Source of the DNA: Candidatus Helarchaeota archaeon
GTDB lineage: Archaea > Asgardarchaeota > Lokiarchaeia > Helarchaeales > RDOG01
Direction of reading: 5' to 3'
Length of the DNA stretch: 64,000 nt
Assembly: GCA_019058315.1 (NCBI GenBank)
Contig: JAHPZH010000001.1
Span: 913,432-977,431 of the forward strand
In this document: one piece after another, positions 57,446 to 64,000 of the stretch
How the letters are laid out: each line of letters opens with the position of its first letter
How positions within the stretch are numbered: position 1 is the first letter of the stretch
Notes under the pieces: model-generated
Database searches by the model: none
The model's input: only the letters and a program-made list of their open reading frames with translations
Told to the model about the DNA's origin: nothing
Position numbers and translations under genes: made by a program

Positions 57446-58240
57446 TTAGTCTTTAAATCCAGCTTCAAAATAACAAATAGAATTATCTTTTTGAATTTCT
57501 AAAACTCTTGTAAAAAGATTTTCTCCAAAATTTTCATGAAGTTTTTGTTCATAAAATCCTGAAATCATGTGATAAAAGAATTCGGTATTCTCAAAATCCA
57601 TCGTATATTTTATTCTGATAACTAATGAAGTGGCATTTAATGGAGGAGGAATGATTTCTGCATCAATTACCTTTCCAAACTGGTTAAAAACTTCGAAATG
57701 CTGCAGACATACCTTGCCGATTTGAATTAAATAAGCTCTTTTATCTTTTTCTGGATTTGTTTTAGCTGAAATCTCTACAATTGGCCAATCAATAGTTTTA
57801 CTCATCTGCCGACCAATTTCTTTTATTAGTTCTTCTAAATTTGTATGAAGAGGCGAAAATACTTTTTCAAATGCTTTAAAAAAACTGATCATAAAATCGT
57901 TAGCGAAAAATCCCACTCTATTTAAAATATCTCTAGAGCTATCTTGTATCTTATCACGTTTAATTAAACATATATTAGATCGTCCTATTTCCATTATTAA
58001 TATTTTATCTTCCTTCTTTAAAGCTTCTATATATTTTTTCACAGTATTTCTACTTAGCCCAAGACGTTCAGCAATTTGGGTATAATTTAAACCAAATTTA
58101 GCATTATCTAATAGAGTTAAAATATTTTTCCTAATACTTTTTCCGCCTCTCTTCTTTAAAAATTCAGTTTTAATATGTTTTTGGTTATTTTGAATTGACA
58201 ATTTAATCAAATCTTCATATATATTAATTTTCTTTTTCAA
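57446..58240 (-). CDS. HTH transcriptional regulator with V4R-like C-terminal domain
   Basis: GLNYTQIAERLGLSRNTVKKYIEAL; IKEIGRQM, ISGFYE, CYFE. Confidence 0.8.
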   Translation of the reverse strand: MKKKINIYEDLIKLSIQNNQKHIKTEFLKKRGGKSIRKNILTLLDNAKFGLNYTQIAERLGLSRNTVKKYIEALKKEDKILIMEIGRSNICLIKRDKIQDSSRDILNRVGFFANDFMISFFKAFEKVFSPLHTNLEELIKEIGRQMSKTIDWPIVEISAKTNPEKDKRAYLIQIGKVCLQHFEVFNQFGKVIDAEIIPPPLNATSLVIRIKYTMDFENTEFFYHMISGFYEQKLHENFGENLFTRVLEIQKDNSICYFEAGFKD

Positions 58241-58280
58241 TAATTTTTAATCAAAAAGTTTATAATTTAATTTTGCCCAC

Positions 58281-58313
58281 ATTGATCAAAAAAATGCCGA
58301 TATTGATCAAAAA
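58281..58313. promoter_or_regulatory. Tandem palindromic operator candidate (TTGATCAA x2, 21-bp period)
   Basis: attgatcaaaaa at 58281 and 58302 in the divergent regulator/operon spacer. Confidence 0.55.
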
Positions 58314-58429
58314 TATATTGTTAAAAATTTATTAATAACTCTTTGCATTAGTTTGTCTAAATCATAATTATTGAATAATTCAATATTCGGAAAAAAATAG
58401 AGAGGTTAGAACATAGGATGTGATAATAA

Positions 58430-59989
58430 ATGTCCAAAGTGAAAAGTTTATATGATGAATCGAAAGTTAAAAGTGCATATAAAGAAATTGAGGATATTAT
58501 CGGATCAGACTATATTACCGATAAAGATTTTATGAAAGCTGCTTATTCTAGAAATGTCGACCCAGCATTTCCTGATAGATGGGCCGATATGATTGTTAGA
58601 CCAGAAACTTCAGAAGAAATTTCTGGAATTGTAAAAGTGGCTAATAAATATAAAATACATATGGTTCCTAGAGGCGGAGGCGCAGATTTAGTTGGTGGCT
58701 CTGTTACTCAAAGTGGAATACTTTTAGATCTTACAAGAATAAATCAGATTTTTGAAGTCAGTGAAACTGATTTTTATGCTGTGGTAGGATGTGGAATAAC
58801 TTGGGGGATATTGGTTTCAGAATTACAGAAAAAAGGTTTAACTACTGGAGTTTTAGGACCAGGAAGCGGATATTCAGCAACCATTGGCGGAGGATTATCA
58901 AATAGTACTGCTGGATTTGGTTCTACAAAATATGGTCTAGTTCCAGATATATGTTTAGGTGTCGAAGTAGTTTTACCTAACCCAAAAGGAACAATTCTAA
59001 GAACTGGGGCTGCAGCTAATAAATATGCACGGCCATTTTGTAGATATGGAGTTGCACCTGACTTTACAGGACTTTTTATGGGTGATGTTGGAACTTTAGG
59101 TATTAAATCAAAGGCTTTCTTAAAATTATCTCCTGACGCTCCATATAAAACTCGAAGAGATTTTATGCTTAAAAATGATGATTACGATCTAACAACTAAG
59201 TTAATGCACCGTTTACAGACTGAAATACGGGAAGGTTTAACTGATTTATTGGTTGTTCCATCTGTTATAGTAGATCTCAAAAGCCTTGTGCCAAAGGAAA
59301 GAGCCCCAGATAAAAAACCAGAGATAACAGGACCTATATTCCAAGTTGGGTTAGAAGCATTCGATGAACGGATATTAGATATATATATTGAAAAGGCTAA
59401 GGAAATCTTAAAAAATGATAGCAGACCTTTTGAATGGCAAGAAATAGATTTGGCTGAACCTTTAGCTAAGGATTTTGAATTCAACCTTAAATATGCCTTT
59501 AATTATTTTAATCAATACATTTCTCCGAGTCCACCATTAGTCGCTTGCACCACATGCCATAAAGTGCCTATTTCACACATTTCGGAAGCTAAAAGAAAGG
59601 CGGATGAGTATGCAATAAAAGCTGAAGAAAAATTTGGTGTAGGAAGTGCTGGGATGTTTGCTACTGTCATTTTTACCTTACCTAATGGTCATTGTGTAAT
59701 AGTAGGCGGTCTGAGTGGTGAAAATGTTGATGAAAAAAGACAAGCTTCAATGGAAGCTTGGCATAGCAAAATAAGAAATCAAGTAAAATATGGAGGCGTA
59801 CATTATTGGCTCGGCGAGTCAATTTCCCAATCAATTGTCGAAGCAGATGCATATTCTCCAGACTTTATCCAGTTTTTCAAAGATATAAAGAAAACTGTTG
59901 ATCCAAATTTCCTCTTGAGTCCAAAAAAATTTCATTTATACAGTTATGAAGATGATTATACTAAATACATAGTAAAAGATGAGGAATAA
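58430..59989 (+). CDS. FAD-binding oxidoreductase (GlcD-like), paralogue 1
   Basis: PRGGGADLVGGS, ATIGGGLS, GVEVVLP, GTLGI, VDPNFLLSP. Confidence 0.88.
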   Translation: MSKVKSLYDESKVKSAYKEIEDIIGSDYITDKDFMKAAYSRNVDPAFPDRWADMIVRPETSEEISGIVKVANKYKIHMVPRGGGADLVGGSVTQSGILLDLTRINQIFEVSETDFYAVVGCGITWGILVSELQKKGLTTGVLGPGSGYSATIGGGLSNSTAGFGSTKYGLVPDICLGVEVVLPNPKGTILRTGAAANKYARPFCRYGVAPDFTGLFMGDVGTLGIKSKAFLKLSPDAPYKTRRDFMLKNDDYDLTTKLMHRLQTEIREGLTDLLVVPSVIVDLKSLVPKERAPDKKPEITGPIFQVGLEAFDERILDIYIEKAKEILKNDSRPFEWQEIDLAEPLAKDFEFNLKYAFNYFNQYISPSPPLVACTTCHKVPISHISEAKRKADEYAIKAEEKFGVGSAGMFATVIFTLPNGHCVIVGGLSGENVDEKRQASMEAWHSKIRNQVKYGGVHYWLGESISQSIVEADAYSPDFIQFFKDIKKTVDPNFLLSPKKFHLYSYEDDYTKYIVKDEE

Positions 59990-60006
59990 TTTGAGAATGA
60001 AATATT

Positions 60007-61560
60007 ATGACCGAAGTTAAAAGTATTTATGATAAATCCATAATTAAAAAAGCATATAAAGAAATTGAAGATGTAGTTGGACCAGATTATATTACTGATA
60101 AGGACTTTATGAAGGCTTCATACTCGCGAAATGTAGATCCAGCATTTCCAGATCGATGGGCGGACATGATTATACGACCAAACACGACAAAAGAAGTATC
60201 TGGAATTGTAAAAGTAGCCAATAAATATAAGATAAAAATTATTCCTAGAGGCGGAGGAGCTGATCTTGTTGGTGGATCCGTTACACAAGATGGTATTCTC
60301 CTCGACCTTACAAGGATGAATCGTATTATTGAAATAAATGAGAATGATTTTTATTGTGTAGTAGAAACTGGAATTACATGGGGTATTTTACTCTCAGAAT
60401 TACAGAAAAAAGGTCTAACAACCGGTGTAATAGGTCCTGGTAGTGGGTATTCGGCTACTATTGGTGGTGGACTATCGAACGCCACAGCTGGAGGAGGATC
60501 AACAAAATATGGTTTAGTGCCAGATGTATGTATTGGAGTTGAGGTTGTTCTTCCTAATCCAGACGGGACAATTATAAGAACGGGAGCTGCAGCTAATCAA
60601 TATGCACAGCCTTTTTGCCGTTATGGTTTAGCCCCTGACTTCACAGGTCTCTTTATGGGAGACGTGGGAACTATGGGCATTAAAACGAAGGCATATTTAA
60701 AGCTAGTTCGAGATCCTCCAATAAAAACATCAAGCAATTATATGGTTAATACTAAAGATTACAATCTTACAGCAAAATTAATCTATGAACTACAAAAAGA
60801 AGTAAAAGAGGGAATTTACAATCTATCCATTTTACCTTATGAAATGGTCATGTTATTTAAAGATATGTTAGGAGGAGAACAACTTAAGGATATTGAGGTC
60901 ACCGGTCCAATCATCTCAGTCTCACTAGAAGCCGTTAATCAACAGATAGTAGATATTTATCAGAAAATTGTAGATGAAATCATGAAAGATGATGCTAGGC
61001 CATTCGAATTCCCAGATATGGAATCAGGAAGAGCTTTTTCTAGGAGTGGTGAATTCAAATTAAGGGATCTTTATAATGCATTTCATGGGATTATTTCATT
61101 TGTTCCTAATCAAATAACATGCACTACATGCCATAAAATTCCAATGTCCGGTTTGGCAAAGGTAGTAGAAATGGCAGATCAATTTGAAAAGCAATACAAA
61201 AAAGAATACCCTCCCGGTGGAGTGTCTATACTTGCGGGGGTGATCGCTGTGCTTAATAACGGGCATTGTATCATGGTAGGAGGTTTTCATGGTATGAATA
61301 CTGATGAACAACGTAAAATAGCAATGGATATGTGGCATAAAAAATTAAGATTCCAGGTCCAATACGGTGCTATTCACTACTGGTTGGGCGAAGCCATATC
61401 TCAATCAATAGTGGAATCTGGAGCATATACTCCTCAATTTGCAAAATTTTTTAAAGATATGAAAAGGGCTGTAGACCCCAATTTTCTATTAAGCCCAAAT
61501 AAATTTCACATGTATAGTTATGAAGATGATATTTCAAAATATATTGTTAAAGATGAATAA
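60007..61560 (+). CDS. FAD-binding oxidoreductase (GlcD-like), paralogue 2
   Basis: Near-identical FAD domain to the upstream gene, diverged cap domain. Confidence 0.88.
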   Translation: MTEVKSIYDKSIIKKAYKEIEDVVGPDYITDKDFMKASYSRNVDPAFPDRWADMIIRPNTTKEVSGIVKVANKYKIKIIPRGGGADLVGGSVTQDGILLDLTRMNRIIEINENDFYCVVETGITWGILLSELQKKGLTTGVIGPGSGYSATIGGGLSNATAGGGSTKYGLVPDVCIGVEVVLPNPDGTIIRTGAAANQYAQPFCRYGLAPDFTGLFMGDVGTMGIKTKAYLKLVRDPPIKTSSNYMVNTKDYNLTAKLIYELQKEVKEGIYNLSILPYEMVMLFKDMLGGEQLKDIEVTGPIISVSLEAVNQQIVDIYQKIVDEIMKDDARPFEFPDMESGRAFSRSGEFKLRDLYNAFHGIISFVPNQITCTTCHKIPMSGLAKVVEMADQFEKQYKKEYPPGGVSILAGVIAVLNNGHCIMVGGFHGMNTDEQRKIAMDMWHKKLRFQVQYGAIHYWLGEAISQSIVESGAYTPQFAKFFKDMKRAVDPNFLLSPNKFHMYSYEDDISKYIVKDE

Positions 61561-61589
61561 TTAAGGATGAGTAAAAAAGGTGATAAATT

Positions 61590-62798
61590 ATGACAGAAGC
61601 AGATACTAAATTTGATCCAAAAAAGAAATATAAATATTTGAAAAAAGTTAAAAATTTAATATTACAATGTATTAGTTGCGGAGATTGCAGAGAAGCAACT
61701 GATTATACTTCGGTCCCCAAGAAGTGGGGAGTCTGTGTCGCAAGGGAACATAGTACAGGGTTCGAACCTTTCTTTGGGCGAGGGAAAATGCAAATAGCTC
61801 GTTCAATTTGGCAAGGAAAATTAGAATTGAGCAAAGATCTCGCAGAAGTGCTATACCAATGTCCTACTTGTAATGCTTGTTCAACAACATGTTATTATGA
61901 TATGGACAATGCAGCCGTTTATGAGGCGTTGAGAGCAGAATTAGTCGATCGTGAACTGGGATTAGAAGATCATTTAATTATGAATCGAGCAATGGTAGAA
62001 AAATTAAATCCTTACCAACGAGATAATAAAGAAAAAGGCGAATGGTTAAAGCAATTAGATTTTAAGGTAAAAGATGCGAGTAAAGAGAAAGCAGAAGTTC
62101 TTTATTTTGTTGGATGTACAGCAGGATTAACACCAGAAATTAAAAATGTCGCAATTAATACAGCAAAAGTACTTAATAAACTTGGAGTCGATTTCGCAGT
62201 TTTCGGAGAAAATGAAGTATGTTGTGGTAGTGTTGCTATGCGAACTGGAGATCGGAAAGCTTATGATTCTGTTGTTGAAAAAAATATTGAATTATTTCAA
62301 AATTCTGGTTTAAAAACAATTGTTACAAGCTGCGCAGGTTGTTATAAAACGCTTAAAAAGGATTATCGTAAAAAAATGAAAAAGCTAGGTATTGAAGTTC
62401 TTCATACTATTGAATTTATTGATAAAAAAAATCCAAAATTAAAAAATCTAGGTATAACTGCAACATATCATGATCCCTGTCATACTGGCAGGGGAGTAGA
62501 TGAGCCATTATATGAACTACCAAGAAAGCTTTTAGCGCAAATGGCAGAAATAAAAGAGATGCAAACTATAAAAGAAAATGCAAAATGTTGTGGAGCTGGA
62601 GGTGGCGTTAAAAAAGCATTTCCAGATTTCTCTTTAGAAATTGCTAAAAGTAGAATAGAGGAAGCAGAGGAAACAGGAGCAGAATATCTTGTAAGTATTT
62701 GTCCTTTTTGCTATCGAAATTTATCCGATGCAATTAAAGCCAAAGGTTCTAAATTAAAGATGGTTGATCTGCTAGAATTGATTATCCAAGCTTTATAA
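61590..62798 (+). CDS. (Fe-S)-binding protein, GlcF/GlpC/HdrD-like
   Basis: CISCGDC, CPTCNAC, VCCGS, YHDPCH, CCGAGGG, CPFC. Confidence 0.9.
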   Translation: MTEADTKFDPKKKYKYLKKVKNLILQCISCGDCREATDYTSVPKKWGVCVAREHSTGFEPFFGRGKMQIARSIWQGKLELSKDLAEVLYQCPTCNACSTTCYYDMDNAAVYEALRAELVDRELGLEDHLIMNRAMVEKLNPYQRDNKEKGEWLKQLDFKVKDASKEKAEVLYFVGCTAGLTPEIKNVAINTAKVLNKLGVDFAVFGENEVCCGSVAMRTGDRKAYDSVVEKNIELFQNSGLKTIVTSCAGCYKTLKKDYRKKMKKLGIEVLHTIEFIDKKNPKLKNLGITATYHDPCHTGRGVDEPLYELPRKLLAQMAEIKEMQTIKENAKCCGAGGGVKKAFPDFSLEIAKSRIEEAEETGAEYLVSICPFCYRNLSDAIKAKGSKLKMVDLLELIIQAL

Positions 62799-62852
62799 TC
62801 TATTTTTTTATTTTAAAATCTTATTTAAATCAAAGATAGGAAAAGTGGATAT

Positions 62853-64000
62853 ATGACTACTTTAAAGGATCCAATAACTATTAGAAAAATGGAAGTTAAA
62901 AATAGGTGGGGACTCCCTCCTATGCTTACTTTTTCATCTGATCCAAAGGGTTGTCCCTCTGACAAAACAATTATGATATATGAACAAAAAGCTCGTGGTG
63001 GAGTAGGTTTAATTACTTTTGAAGCAACTGCAGTGGATACATCCTCTGTTCTGGGTGGGGGCGGAGCTTTTTTAGGAACGGATGATAATATTTCGTGTTA
63101 TAAGAAATTAACTGATATAATACATAAACATGGTGCTAAAATTGGAGTACAATTAGCTGAAAATGGGATAATTGGATTTATAGGAAAGGTCTTATTAAAT
63201 CTCGATGTACAGATATTTGGACCATCAAAAGTAGATCCAGTTATGGCAACTTCAGCTTATGATGTTATGATGCCGGATTGGACTAATAAAATTAAAGAAA
63301 CTGATACTGAAATCATTGAATTTGACAAAAAAACAATAATTAGATATGAAAATGAATTTGCAGATGCAGCAAAAAGAGCGATTCAAGCTGGATTTGATTT
63401 TGTTGAGATCCATTCTGCTCATGGAACTACGCATGCATCTTTTTTAGCTCCTTATTATAATAAAAGAACTGACGAATATGGAGGAACATTAGAAAAAAGG
63501 ACTCTTTTTACTGTCAATACTATTAAGAAAATAAGAAAAAGTATAGGTGAAAAACCACCAATATTTGTTCGAATTTCCGCTGATGAGCTTTTGGAGGATG
63601 GAAATCGGCTTGATGATTCAATAAAAATTGCTAAAATTTTAGAAAAAGCTGGAACTGATTGTCTTGACGTAAGTCAAGGCAATATGATTCGAACTCCTCA
63701 TGGTATTCAAATCCCCACTTATATAGACCATGGAGAATTCGTTTATCTAGCCGAGGCGATTAAGAAAGAGATTAATATTCCTGTAATCACAGTTGGTAGA
63801 ATTACTGATCCTAAAATGGCGGATGAGATTATTCAACAAGGAAAAGCTGATATTGTTTATACAGGTCGTCAGTTAATATGCGATCCTGAAACCCCAAATA
63901 AATATTTTAGTGGTCAGCTTGATGATATTATGCCTTGTCTAGGGTGTTTACAAGGTTGTAATGTAGCACCACAACTTTGTGTTTATGATGCATTTGGTGG
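62853..64000 (+). CDS. NADH:flavin oxidoreductase (OYE/enoate reductase-like), 3'-truncated; not in ORF track
   Basis: Own translation: KNRWGLPPM, ARGGVGLI, EIHSAHG, NKRTDEYGG, and CLGCLQGC Fe-S motif near the window end. Confidence 0.88.
   Translation, partial: MTTLKDPITIRKMEVKNRWGLPPMLTFSSDPKGCPSDKTIMIYEQKARGGVGLITFEATAVDTSSVLGGGGAFLGTDDNISCYKKLTDIIHKHGAKIGVQLAENGIIGFIGKVLLNLDVQIFGPSKVDPVMATSAYDVMMPDWTNKIKETDTEIIEFDKKTIIRYENEFADAAKRAIQAGFDFVEIHSAHGTTHASFLAPYYNKRTDEYGGTLEKRTLFTVNTIKKIRKSIGEKPPIFVRISADELLEDGNRLDDSIKIAKILEKAGTDCLDVSQGNMIRTPHGIQIPTYIDHGEFVYLAEAIKKEINIPVITVGRITDPKMADEIIQQGKADIVYTGRQLICDPETPNKYFSGQLDDIMPCLGCLQGCNVAPQLCVYDAFG

Noticed and set aside
1-64000. tRNA, rRNA, IS elements, integrases, prophage genes
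   Set aside because: No GC-rich cloverleaf/rRNA-like stretch, transposase or integrase motif, or terminal inverted repeats seen by eye

Overview
AT-rich, gene-dense archaeal chromosomal DNA, most consistent with an Asgard archaeon (Lokiarchaeia/Helarchaeales-like). That placement is inferred from Alba, a tungsten AOR, an Arf-like GTPase, a PCI-like protein and capped LRR proteins. I found no rRNA, tRNA, CRISPR array or transposase. The metabolic backbone is glmS, a GltD/SudA-like flavoprotein with Fe-S subunits and AOR, two GlcD/GlcF-like FAD/Fe-S clusters, radical SAM enzymes, an MFS pair, an SDR and an OYE. The main observations are: (1) a compact E2F/DP-like transcription factor (RRxYD winged helix, coiled coil, marked-box-like tail), with a canonical E2F site TTTCGCGC right after a TATA box about 700 bp downstream, near RING-like and PCI-like microproteins; (2) three tandem giant double-wHTH TrmB-like regulators carrying 4, 3 and 2 non-catalytic PLD-like domains, followed by an HTH gene and a degenerate NurA-like gene; (3) three genes that appear to need near-cognate start codons (ACG for glmS, CTG, ATT); (4) LRR/TPR proteins with histone-H1-like Lys-rich tails; (5) an operon of four membrane microproteins. 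All family assignments come from recognising motifs by eye; no searches were run.
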